The notes: generated from the sequence alone by a model not told the origin. A stretch of 35,942 nucleotides of DNA from an uncultured Candidatus Saccharibacteria bacterium (GCA_964548875.1 CAZJSP010000003.1:1-35942); one strand, 5' to 3'; counted from the first letter of the stretch, positions 9,378 through 18,615 are shown. Program-made: numbers and translations.

Positions 9378-9797
9378 ATGGCTAAAAAAGTTAAATCTGT
9401 TATTAAACTACAAATCCCAGCTGGAAAAGCTAATCCAGCCCCTCCTGTCGGTCCAGCTTTGGCCCCGCACGGCTTAAATATGGCAGAGATTTGTCAAAAA
9501 TTTAATAATATTACTAAAGATAAAAAAGGTATTATTCCGACAGTTATTACTATTTACGAAGATAAAAGTTACGATCTTAAAGTTAAAGAGCCTTTAACTG
9601 CTGATTTAATTAAAAAAGCAGCAAACATTGAAAAAGGATCAGGAGAGCCAAACAAGAAAAAAGTAGGAAAAATTACAAAAAAACAATTAGAAGAAATAGC
9701 TAAAGAGAAAATGCCTGACTTAAATACTACTAATTTAAAACAGGCAATGAAAATTGTAGCTGCTACAGCTAAAAATATGGGGGTAGAAATTAAATAA
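9378..9797 (+). CDS. rplK: 50S ribosomal protein L11
   Basis: [31 protein letters not shown]. Confidence 0.97.
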   Translation: MAKKVKSVIKLQIPAGKANPAPPVGPALAPHGLNMAEICQKFNNITKDKKGIIPTVITIYEDKSYDLKVKEPLTADLIKKAANIEKGSGEPNKKKVGKITKKQLEEIAKEKMPDLNTTNLKQAMKIVAATAKNMGVEIK

Positions 9798-9801
9798 ATT
9801 T

Positions 9802-10323
9802 ATGGCCCAAAGACCATCTAAAGATAGATATTATCTCGACATAGCAAAACAAGTTGCTCAAAGATCAACTTGTTTTCGAGTAAAAGGAGGAGCAATTATT
9901 GTTAGAAATGACACAATAGTTTCAACTGGCTATATTGGAGCTCCAAGAAAAACTAAAGATTGTATTACAAGGGGTGATTGCTTAAGAAGAGAAATGAACA
10001 TTCCGCACGGGGAAAGATATGAGCTTTGCAGAAGTGTTCATTGCGAACAAAATGCAATTATTAATGCTGCTAGATCAGGAGCAAGTGTTATAGATGGAGA
10101 CTTATTTCTTTATGGAGAAAGAGAAGAAAACAAGCCGATTGATTTTTTTCCTTGTTTTATTTGTAAGAAAATGATTATTAATGCTGGAATAAATAGGGTA
10201 GTTTCTTCTTTAGAAAACGGGGAATTAAAGATTTTCAAAGTTGAAGAATGGGTAAAAGATTGGACCGAAAAAGACATGCTTGATGATCAATATAAATATG
10301 GAGAAAGTCAGAATAAAAAATAA
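9802..10323 (+). CDS. dCMP deaminase (ComEB/DCTD family)
   Basis: RSTC, HCEQNAI and PCFIC zinc-deaminase motifs. Confidence 0.9.
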   Translation: MAQRPSKDRYYLDIAKQVAQRSTCFRVKGGAIIVRNDTIVSTGYIGAPRKTKDCITRGDCLRREMNIPHGERYELCRSVHCEQNAIINAARSGASVIDGDLFLYGEREENKPIDFFPCFICKKMIINAGINRVVSSLENGELKIFKVEEWVKDWTEKDMLDDQYKYGESQNKK

Positions 10324-10331
10324 TTTAATCA

Positions 10332-11033
10332 ATGGTTAATAAAAAAGGCAAATTAATTGTTTTTGAAGGTATAGATGGTTCTGGTAAATCAACCCAAAGT
10401 AAACTTTTTAAAAGATACTTAGAAAAACAGGGGGAGGAGGTTATTGAAATTAGTTTTCCTCAATATGGTAAAAAAAGTGCTGGTTTAATAGAAGAATATT
10501 TAAAGGGGGTTTATGGAAGCGCTGAGGAAGTTGGACCTTACAGAGCTTCTATTTTTTTTGCTTGCGATAGATATGACGCTTCTTTTCAAATTAAAGAATG
10601 GTTAGAAAAGGGTAAAATTGTAATTGCTGATCGCTATGTTTCATCTAATGCGGGCCATCAAGGAGGAAAGATTAATAATCCTCAAGAAAGAACTAATTTT
10701 TTAAAATAGCTATATAATTTAGAATATAATATTTTTCAAATTCCAAGGCCTGATATTGTTTTTATTCTAAAAACTTCCTCTAAAATTGCTAAAAAAATGT
10801 CAGGGAAAATTATTGATGAAGAAAAAAAGAGAAAAAAATCATCTTTTCTTGGAAAAAAGAAAAGAGATATTCATGAAATTAATCTTAAGCATCTAGACAA
10901 TGCTTTAAAATCCTATTTGGAATTAGCTCGAGAATTTCCAGACAATTTTAAAGTAATAGAATGTTTAAAAGAAGGGGAGCTGCTGTCCATTGAAGAAGTT
11001 TATAATAAATTAATAAAAGAATATAATAAATAA
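10332..11033 (+). pseudogene. tmk: Thymidylate kinase interrupted by one in-frame TAG at 10707-10709 (the two track ORFs are one gene)
   Basis: EGIDGSGKST P-loop and IADRY; past the stop the same frame reads FLK*LYNLEY...PRPDIVFIL and joins the 10797 ORF (RDIHE). Confidence 0.85.
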
Positions 11034-11034
11034 T

Positions 11035-11709
11035 ATGGCAAACATTCTTCAAAAAAAAGGTTCTCATAAAATTTTAGCTATTATGGCTGGAATAGACGAA
11101 ACAGCTTTAGAATTAATTGAGAGGGCGGGAAGAACAGCTTATCAGAGCAGAGATAAAATTAATAAAGGTTCAGCTGATAAGTTTGTAGAAATGATCAGAA
11201 AAAGAGGCCATGAAAGTGTTTTAGAGCATTCAGCAATGACGGTTGAATTTAATAATGTTTCTCGAGGTTTTACTCATGAGCTTGTAAGGCATAGATTGGC
11301 TAGCTTCACTCAGGAATCAACTCGTTATGTTGATGAAAGTGATTTTAATGCCATTATTCCTCCAACAAAAGACAAAGATAAAAAACTGGTTGAAATTGAA
11401 CTACCAAACAAAGAAAAAATTAAGGTTTCTTTTCAAGATTGGGCGGATCTAAATGAACAAATGTATCGAGGCCTTAGAAAGGAAGGTTGGCCCTGTGAAG
11501 ACGCAAGACAAATTTTACCAATTGGAATTAAGTCTCAAATTGTTATTACTGCTAATTTCAGAGAATGGAGGCATATTTTTAAATTAAGAACAAATCCTCG
11601 GGCTCATTGGGAAATTAGGGGAGTAATGACTAATCTTTTAAAAGAGGTGAAAAAAATTATCCCTATTGTTTTTGAAGATATTCAAATTAAAAATGGAACT
11701 AGAAAATAG
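11035..11709 (+). CDS. thyX: Flavin-dependent thymidylate synthase
   Basis: GHESVLEH, RHRLASFTQESTR (RHRx7S motif), EDARQILP, NFREW, AHWEIR. Confidence 0.95.
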   Translation: MANILQKKGSHKILAIMAGIDETALELIERAGRTAYQSRDKINKGSADKFVEMIRKRGHESVLEHSAMTVEFNNVSRGFTHELVRHRLASFTQESTRYVDESDFNAIIPPTKDKDKKLVEIELPNKEKIKVSFQDWADLNEQMYRGLRKEGWPCEDARQILPIGIKSQIVITANFREWRHIFKLRTNPRAHWEIRGVMTNLLKEVKKIIPIVFEDIQIKNGTRK

Positions 11710-12937
11710 AGATCCAACCATTTATCAACTAATTGAAAAAGAAATTCTTCGTCAAAAAGAAGGTATTGGTTTAATTGCTTCGGAGAATTATGCAAGCCCG
11801 GCTGTTTTAAAAGCCGTTGGTACTCCCTTAAGCAATAAATATTCTGAGGGATATCCCTTTAAAAGGTATTATGGGGGGAACCAATTTATTGACGAAATAG
11901 AAAATTTAGCAATTGAAAGAGCTAAAAAACTATTTGATGCAGAGCATGCGAATGTTCAGCCTCATTCTGGCTCTCAAGCTAATGCTGCCGTTTATTTGGC
12001 CCTTCTTAATCCAGGGGACAAGGTTTTAGGTTTTGATTTAAATGCAGGAGGACATTTAACTCATGGCTCTTCAGTTAACTTCTCAGGAAGACTCTATGAT
12101 TTTAAGCATTACGGAGTAGATAAAATAACTGAAATGTTAGACTATGATGAAATTGAAGAAATAGCTTTAAGTTTTAAACCAAAGTTGATTATTGCTTCAA
12201 CTACTGCCTACTCTAGAATTCTTGATTTTAAAAAATTTAAAGAAATTGCTAAAAAAGTTAATGCTTATTTAATGGCCGATATTGCTCATATCGCTGGCCT
12301 TGTTGTAACCGACCTTCACCCCTCTCCTTTCCCTTATTGTGATGTTGTGACTAGTACAACTCATAAAACATTAAGAGGGCCTAGGGGGGCGCTTATCCTC
12401 TCTAAAAGAGAATTAGCAGATACTATTGACAAGGCTGTTTTCCCTGGAACTCAAGGAGGACCCTTTGAAAATGTTATAGCGGGTAAAGCAGTTTGCTTTT
12501 TAGAAGCGATGCAAAAATCATTTCGTGAATATCAAGCTACTGTTTTGTCTAATGCAAAGGCTATGGTGAATGAGTTTCAGAAGCAAGGAGTGAGAGTTGT
12601 AAGTAGGGGAACCGATAATCATTTATTTATAATAGACATTTCTCAGTTTAATTTGAGCTCTCGTTTAATACAAGATGAACTAGAGAAATCAGGAATTTAT
12701 GTTAATAAAAACACAATTCCTTTTGATCAAAAATCTCCTTTTGATCCTTCAGGAATCAGAATGGGAACTCCTTCCATAACTACTAGGGGAATGGGTGAGC
12801 AGGAAAGCAGAGAAATTGTTAGACTAATTGTTAGATTGATTAAAAATCTACATAGACCAAAGATTAAAAAAGAAGTTAAGGAAAAGGTAAAAGATATTTG
12901 TAGTTCTTTTCCTATTTATGAGAATTTAAATTGGTAG
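11693..12937 (+). CDS. glyA: Serine hydroxymethyltransferase (start at ATG 11693)
   Basis: LIASEN, NKYSEGYP..RYYGG, GGHLTHG, TTHKTLRGPRG PLP-lysine motif. Confidence 0.97.
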   Translation: MELENRDPTIYQLIEKEILRQKEGIGLIASENYASPAVLKAVGTPLSNKYSEGYPFKRYYGGNQFIDEIENLAIERAKKLFDAEHANVQPHSGSQANAAVYLALLNPGDKVLGFDLNAGGHLTHGSSVNFSGRLYDFKHYGVDKITEMLDYDEIEEIALSFKPKLIIASTTAYSRILDFKKFKEIAKKVNAYLMADIAHIAGLVVTDLHPSPFPYCDVVTSTTHKTLRGPRGALILSKRELADTIDKAVFPGTQGGPFENVIAGKAVCFLEAMQKSFREYQATVLSNAKAMVNEFQKQGVRVVSRGTDNHLFIIDISQFNLSSRLIQDELEKSGIYVNKNTIPFDQKSPFDPSGIRMGTPSITTRGMGEQESREIVRLIVRLIKNLHRPKIKKEVKEKVKDICSSFPIYENLNW

Positions 12938-12939
12938 AA

Positions 12940-14394
12940 ATGAAAAAAAAGATATTTAAACCAGTTATTGGTCTTGAAATTCATTCTGAACTAAAAACAA
13001 AATCTAAAATGTTTTGTTCTTGTCCAAATGATTTTAACTCTGAGCCGAATAAAAATATTTGCCCTCTTTGTCTTGGTCATCCAGGAACTTTACCGGTAAT
13101 TAATCAAGAAGCCGTTAAGCAAGTCATTAAGGCTGGGCTGGCTTTGAATTGTGAAATTGCTGAAGTGTCAAAGTTTGATAGAAAAAACTATTTTTATCCT
13201 GATCTACCCAAAGGGTATCAGATTTCTCAATATGATATGCCTTTTTGTAAAAATGGTTTTTTAAAAATTAATAATAAAAAAATTAGAATTAGAAGGATTC
13301 ATTTAGAGGAAGATGCGGGCAAACTTATTCATACTCATCAAAATTACAGTTTAGTTGATTTTAATAGGGCGGGAGTTCCTTTGATGGAGCTAGTAACTGA
13401 GCCCGATATTTATTCAGCTGAGGAAGCTATTTCTTTTGCTAAAGAATTACAATTGATTTTACGTTATTTAGATATTTCAGAAGCTGATATGGAAAAAGGA
13501 CAAATGAGAATTGAGGTTAATATTTCCCTTTCTCAATCTTCAGGGAAGCCAGATTTATCAGGAACCAGAATTGAGGTTAAGAATTTAAATTCTTTTAAAT
13601 CTGTAGAGGGAGCAATTGAATATGAAATTAAAAGACAATCAAGAGTTTTAGAAAAAGGGAAGAAAATTATTCAGGCTACTAGAGGTTGGGACGCTGACAA
13701 AAGAAAAACTATTGATCAGAGAAAAAAAGAAGACGCTCATGATTATCGCTATCTTCCAGAACCAGACTTATTACCTCTTATTTTTTCAAAAGAAGACATT
13801 GAAAGTATTAGGAAAGATGTTCCTGAATTACCCCAAGAAAAAAGAATTAGGTTTAAAAATATTTACCAATTAAAAGAAGATGATGTTGAATTTTTTATTC
13901 AAAATATAGAAATTGGATCTTTCTTTGAAAGGGTTATTGATATTTTTAATAAAAAGAAAAAAAAGAATTTTAATAATTTGGTTCAGTTAACAGCTAATTA
14001 TTTAATTAGTGATTTGCAAGGGCTACTTAATCAAAGCGAGGACATAGAAGAAATTTTATTCTCTCCAGATTCTTTTGCTGAGTTTATCCAACTAATTAAT
14101 AGTAAAGAAATTTCTAGTAAAATTGCTAAAAAAGTTCTTGCTAAAATGTTTCGGACAGGCAAAAAACCTTCTTTGATTATTAAGAAAGAGGGTTTGAAAA
14201 AAATGAATGATAAGGAAGAAATAAACGAGGTTGTTCAAAAAGTTTTCAAGGAAAACTCTAAAGCAGTTTCTGATTTCCGTTCAGGTAAAGAGAATGCCTT
14301 TAACTTCTTAATTGGACAAGTTATGGCTAAAACTCGAGGTAGAGCTAACTTAGAAAAAGTTAAAAAAGTATTAAAAGAAGAGTTAAAAAATTAA
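12940..14394 (+). CDS. gatB: Asp/Glu-tRNA amidotransferase subunit B (start at ATG 12940)
   Basis: IGLEIH, RKNYFYPDLPKGYQISQ, HLEEDAGK, DFNRAGVPLMELVTEP, EVKNLNS, YRYLPEPDL. Confidence 0.97.
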   Translation: MKKKIFKPVIGLEIHSELKTKSKMFCSCPNDFNSEPNKNICPLCLGHPGTLPVINQEAVKQVIKAGLALNCEIAEVSKFDRKNYFYPDLPKGYQISQYDMPFCKNGFLKINNKKIRIRRIHLEEDAGKLIHTHQNYSLVDFNRAGVPLMELVTEPDIYSAEEAISFAKELQLILRYLDISEADMEKGQMRIEVNISLSQSSGKPDLSGTRIEVKNLNSFKSVEGAIEYEIKRQSRVLEKGKKIIQATRGWDADKRKTIDQRKKEDAHDYRYLPEPDLLPLIFSKEDIESIRKDVPELPQEKRIRFKNIYQLKEDDVEFFIQNIEIGSFFERVIDIFNKKKKKNFNNLVQLTANYLISDLQGLLNQSEDIEEILFSPDSFAEFIQLINSKEISSKIAKKVLAKMFRTGKKPSLIIKKEGLKKMNDKEEINEVVQKVFKENSKAVSDFRSGKENAFNFLIGQVMAKTRGRANLEKVKKVLKEELKN

Positions 14395-14399
14395 TTTAT

Positions 14400-14561
14400 T
14401 TGACCTGTTAAAATTTTCTTGTTACACTTTTATTATATGAAAACTAGAATTTCGCAAAAATATTATTACCACTACAACTTTCCCTTAGAAAGTTAGTTTT
14501 GGCTTACTTGCGAAAAATAATACTATCAAAACAACTAACTTTCTAACGAAAGTTAGTTTTT
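14400..14561 (+). promoter_or_regulatory. Promoter plus putative leader-peptide transcription attenuator
   Basis: TTGACC-17-TACACT with TG extension; mutually exclusive pairings 14476-14482:14488-14494, 14485-14498:14533-14546 (14 bp) and 14533-14543:14548-14558 followed by Ts. Confidence 0.7.
14437..14496 (+). CDS. 19-aa Tyr-rich leader peptide MKTRISQKYYYHYNFPLES
   Basis: ATG 8 nt after the -10 box; codons TAT TAT TAC CAC TAC; stop inside the antiterminator strand. Confidence 0.65.
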   Translation: MKTRISQKYYYHYNFPLES

Positions 14562-14574
14562 AATTATAAAAAAT

Positions 14575-15012
14575 ATGAAAAAAATAATTATTTTTGACTT
14601 TAATAGAACAATTTATGATCCAATTCAAGATAAGATTGAAGAAAATCTAGATTCTATTTTAAAAAACTTAATTGATAAAGGATACGCCTTATATCTTGTA
14701 AGTCATGGAATAGCCAGCGACAAAAGCTTTATTGAAGAATTTAAAATCATTAATTTTTTTGAAGAAACTTATGTCACTAGAAATAAAAAGAAAGCCTTTG
14801 AAAGAATTTTAGATAAAAGTGAGGCTCAACCAGAATATAGTTTTGTTATTGGCGACAGGATTGAGGCAGAAATTAGAATCGGGAACATTTTAGGATTTAA
14901 TACGGTTTGGTTTAGAAAGGGTAAGCTTAAAAATAGAAGGGGAGAAGGTAGGGACGAAAAAGCGAATTATGTGATTGGTGATTTAAATGAATTAAATAAT
15001 TTAATTAATTAG
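14575..15012 (+). CDS. HAD-superfamily hydrolase (capless, motif I DxN variant)
   Basis: IIFDFNRTIY, LVS, IGDRIEAEI..G..LG. Confidence 0.8.
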   Translation: MKKIIIFDFNRTIYDPIQDKIEENLDSILKNLIDKGYALYLVSHGIASDKSFIEEFKIINFFEETYVTRNKKKAFERILDKSEAQPEYSFVIGDRIEAEIRIGNILGFNTVWFRKGKLKNRRGEGRDEKANYVIGDLNELNNLIN

Positions 15013-15095
15013 TTCGTTAACAAATCGTTTAGCAATAGGAAACTGAAGATAGCTGTCTTTAGTTTCCTGTTGCTAAATGCAGCAGGAGGAGTGAT

Positions 15096-16276
15096 TTGAA
15101 TGAAACAACTATTAAAGAAGTTAAAAAAATGCTTCCCCTATAAGGGAAAGCAGTCTAAAGCATTATTTCAGGCTAACGCCTGATAATGCTAGGCTCCCTC
15201 TTTCAGAACGACAATTAGTCCAACTCAAAAGAGCACTATATTTAGTGCTCAGAGGGCTTGGGGCTATGGAAAGAATAGCCGGCACCCCTGGAACAATTCA
15301 TGATCCAGAAGGGCGGTGGAGGTGTTACAGAAGAATAACACTTAAGCCTGTACCAAGGAGAAATAGAAAATATTTTTCCTCCCTGCAAAATTTTACCTTC
15401 CCAAACGACCTTCCAGAAATTATTAAGGTAGACTTAGTGATTTCTAGAGAAGGAGAGGTTAGAATATGTAAGATTGATGCTCACAATCCTAACGGGATGG
15501 GGTATACGGCATTGGCAAGAGAGATGCATAATGCTAAACATCCCTCTTCAAAGCCTGGTTTTGGGATCCTTGAAGCGATAAAAAATCGAATAGATCCTGG
15601 AGAACGCTATATAATAGTCCTTCCACAAAAGGGAACTTTTTATGTTCCCGAGAATAAATTTATCGTGGAGGACTCAAAAAGATGGGAGTAAAATCTCGTC
15701 TTTTTGTGGACTCTGGTGGTAGTTTACCTTTAAGAGGAAACGACACCATAAGGAATATGCCTTTTGGTTTATCTGATCCTCTCTATATGAGTTTAATTAA
15801 AGGTTATAAAAAGGGGTTAAATTTTTAATCCCTCCTCGACTTTTTCTAGGGTCAAAATCCATTCTTTCTATTATTAGAAATGACGATAGAAATGAGTGGA
15901 TTGAACACTCTTTAAGAAGCTTTATAGATCTAAAAGCATTAAGGCTTCTACGAGAATTGATTCCTTCGACTTATTATTCCTCTATCCCTCCAATGGTTAC
16001 ATACGAAAACCATTAGGAGGGGCAGGGATGAGCGGTGTGATTTTCCCATGGGAAAAACCATTTAGTTTTTATCCAGGGAAGAATTATATTGCTCAAGAGT
16101 ATATTCCTTTAAGAAGAAAGGAATATTCTTACTGGGAAAAAGATGGAAATCTTGAAGTAGATAAATTTTACGAAAGATTTACCATCTGGCTCTCAAAGGG
16201 GGGTTTGGCGGACTGGGTTGTGACCGCCAGAACAAGCCCCAAAGTTCATGGGGCCACAGACTGCTTACAGATATAA
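15096..16276 (+). pseudogene. Circularly permuted ATP-grasp ligase (glutathionylspermidine synthase-like), about 390 codons, four single-base frameshifts
   Basis: Pieces join to give KVDLVI..RICKIDAHNPNGMGY, PPRLFLGSKSILSII, LIPSTY, KPLGGAGMSGV and YIAQEYIP; AGGAGGAG SD at 15084-15091; breaks near 15123-15129, 15670, 15808-15816 and 15992. Confidence 0.7.
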
Positions 16277-16280
16277 AAAA

Positions 16281-16340
16281 AGAGGGAATAGAAACGGGCG
16301 ATTCAAAGGATTCCCGGTTACTTTTCCCTCTCTATTTTTT
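16281..16340. terminator. Hairpin between convergent genes, probably a bidirectional terminator
   Basis: AGAGGGAA...TTCCCTCT stem flanked by A and T runs. Confidence 0.5.
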
Positions 16341-16372
16341 TATCTAAAATCAGCAGTTACTGCAAATATTTT

Positions 16373-18577
16373 TTAGTAATTATTCTTTAAAAAAACCTTA
16401 ATTAATTTTTCTGCTTTTTTAGATTTTTTTACCCATTGAATTTCTTTATCCTTTTTAAACCAAGTTTTTTGACGTTTACTAAACTGTAAGGTATGTAGAA
16501 TAATCTTTTCTTTTATTTTTTTTCTATCTTCTTTTGTTAAATTAAAATCAGGATAATAGGGGAACCATTCCTGGTAACCTATTATTTCTAGAGAGGCAGA
16601 GGGCCCTATTTTTCTTATAATTCCAATAGCTTCTTTTTCTAGTCCTTCCTTAAACATTTTCTCAACTCTTTGAGTAATTCTTTTTTCTAAGTTTTCTTTT
16701 TTAGGCTTAATTCCAATTTTTAAAACGTCAAATAAGGCGTCTTTTTTATTTCTTTGTTCCCAATAGGGTTGGCCTGTTTCCCTACAAACCTCTATAGCCC
16801 TTATTACTCTCCTTTTGTTTTTTCGATCGATTTTTTCAAAACCTTTAGGATCAAGTTTTTGATAAATAGTATTTAATTCTTTTAACGATTTTTTTTCTAA
16901 TTTTTTTCTTAAATCTTGATTGGGAGAAACTTCTGCAAGAGAAAAATTGCTTGTAAGTGCTTTTAAATAAAGACCGGTTCCTCCCACTAAAAAGGGTTGT
17001 TTGCCTTTTCTAATAACCTTTTTAATGGCTTTAAGGGCAAGATTTTTATAAACACCAACATTAAAGTCTTCTTTTAAAGAAATACAGTCAATTAGGTGAT
17101 GGTTAACAGTTCTTTGTTCTTTTTGGCTTGGCTTATCAGTTCCGATACCAATTTCCTTATAAACCTGTTTTGAGTCAGCAGAAATGATTTCTCCATTAAA
17201 TTTTTGAGCTAAATTAATAGCCATTTTTGTTTTGCCTGAAGCAGTAGGCCCTAGAATAACAATCAGCTTAGGTAGTTGTTTTTTTCCTTTTAATCCCCAA
17301 GGATAAGCTTCTTCAATTTTTACCTTTATTATCTCTCCTAAGTTAATGCTTTGATTGCTTCTAATTCTTACTGTTTTGTAGGTTCGACTCTTACCAAAAG
17401 CGTATTTTTTTGTTTTCTTATTTATTAAAATTTTAATAGTTTTGCCTATGTATTTCTTGTTATTTCTTAAAGCGCTTTTTTCTAAAACTTTTGTTAATTT
17501 ATTTTGTCTTCTCTGCTTTTCTTGAAGAGAAACTTGTTTCTTCATTTTTTCTGCTTCAGTTCCTTTTCTTTCTGAATATTTTGCTATATAGGCCATATCA
17601 AAACCTATTTCTTGAAAAAGACTTAATGTGTCTTTAAATTGCTTTTTTGTTTCTCCTGGAAAACCAACAATAATATCGGTTGATATCGCAATATTGGGCA
17701 CTTTTTTTCTAAGACTTCGAATTATTTTCTTATAGTCTTCAACCGTATAATTTCTATTCATTGCTTTTAAAATTTCATTATTACCAGACTGTATAGGAAT
17801 ATTTAAGTATTCTCCCAATTTTTCTGTTACTGCAATTTGGTTAATTAACTTTTTAGAAAAGTTTTTAGGATGAGGACTAGTAAACCTAATCCAAAAATTT
17901 CCTTTTGTTTGATCTATTTTTTTTAAAATTTCAGGAAAGTCTATTTTTTTATTACTAGGAGAAAGATAATCATTAACATTTTCTCCCAAAAGCCATATTT
18001 CTTTTGCTCCATTTTTAATGCTCTCTTTTACATCTTTAATAATGTTTTGATGTTTTCGACAAATAAGAGGGCCTCTGGTATAGGGGACAACACAATAAGT
18101 ACAAAAATTATTGCAACCAGAGGAAATAGGAATGAGAGCAGAGTGTTTGTTTTGAGAAAGAGAATTAATGTTGCAATAATTCATTGCAAGTTCTTTATTA
18201 AAACCCTTATCTCTTGGATTAAAAAAAGGATAATACTGTTTTTTTTGAATTATTTGGGGCCATCGCTGAAGAGTTTTAATTGGTAGAATAAAATTAAAGT
18301 ATTTTTTAAGTTTCAATCTGTCTTTTTCCAGCAAACAACCAGTTAAAAGGGTTTTTAGTTTTTTATTCTTTTTCTTTATCTTTTCAAATTTAGAGGCAAA
18401 ACCTCTTAATCTGTCAATAGCAGACTGCCTTATTGAGCAAGCATTAACTATAATTAAATCGGCATCTTTCGCTGAGGAAGCAGGTTGATAGTTGTTTTCT
18501 TCTAAGATTCGGGTTATTTTTTCTGAATCAGATTCGTTTTGCTGGCAACCATAGGTAAGAATAAAATATTTCTTCAT
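16373..18577 (-). CDS. miaB: Fusion of MiaB (tRNA methylthiotransferase) and MiaA (tRNA dimethylallyltransferase)
   Basis: N-terminal TYGCQQN/NACSIR/TGC, radical SAM CNNFCTYC, DIIVGFPGET and TRAM domain, followed in frame by GPTASGKT, ISADSKQVY, VGGTGLY, RRVIRAIEV, KRQKTWF. Confidence 0.92.
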   Translation of the reverse strand: MKKYFILTYGCQQNESDSEKITRILEENNYQPASSAKDADLIIVNACSIRQSAIDRLRGFASKFEKIKKKNKKLKTLLTGCLLEKDRLKLKKYFNFILPIKTLQRWPQIIQKKQYYPFFNPRDKGFNKELAMNYCNINSLSQNKHSALIPISSGCNNFCTYCVVPYTRGPLICRKHQNIIKDVKESIKNGAKEIWLLGENVNDYLSPSNKKIDFPEILKKIDQTKGNFWIRFTSPHPKNFSKKLINQIAVTEKLGEYLNIPIQSGNNEILKAMNRNYTVEDYKKIIRSLRKKVPNIAISTDIIVGFPGETKKQFKDTLSLFQEIGFDMAYIAKYSERKGTEAEKMKKQVSLQEKQRRQNKLTKVLEKSALRNNKKYIGKTIKILINKKTKKYAFGKSRTYKTVRIRSNQSINLGEIIKVKIEEAYPWGLKGKKQLPKLIVILGPTASGKTKMAINLAQKFNGEIISADSKQVYKEIGIGTDKPSQKEQRTVNHHLIDCISLKEDFNVGVYKNLALKAIKKVIRKGKQPFLVGGTGLYLKALTSNFSLAEVSPNQDLRKKLEKKSLKELNTIYQKLDPKGFEKIDRKNKRRVIRAIEVCRETGQPYWEQRNKKDALFDVLKIGIKPKKENLEKRITQRVEKMFKEGLEKEAIGIIRKIGPSASLEIIGYQEWFPYYPDFNLTKEDRKKIKEKIILHTLQFSKRQKTWFKKDKEIQWVKKSKKAEKLIKVFLKNNY

Positions 18578-18615
18578 GTTTTTATTTATAGTAAATAATT
18601 ATTTTTCTCAAACAA

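Noticed and set aside
299-10709. Genome-wide stop-codon reassignment (TGA or TAG read as sense)
   Set aside because: Only one internal TGA and one internal TAG were seen. TGA properly ends rnhB, TAG ends glyA, thrS, HAD and PfpI, and Trp is encoded by TGG with a CCA tRNA.
14437-14496. YYYHY peptide as a RiPP precursor (biarylitide-like YxH or ATP-grasp substrate)
   Set aside because: There is no P450 or dedicated maturase or transporter nearby (the radical SAM gene is MiaB), and the overlapping terminator/antiterminator helices explain the ORF better.
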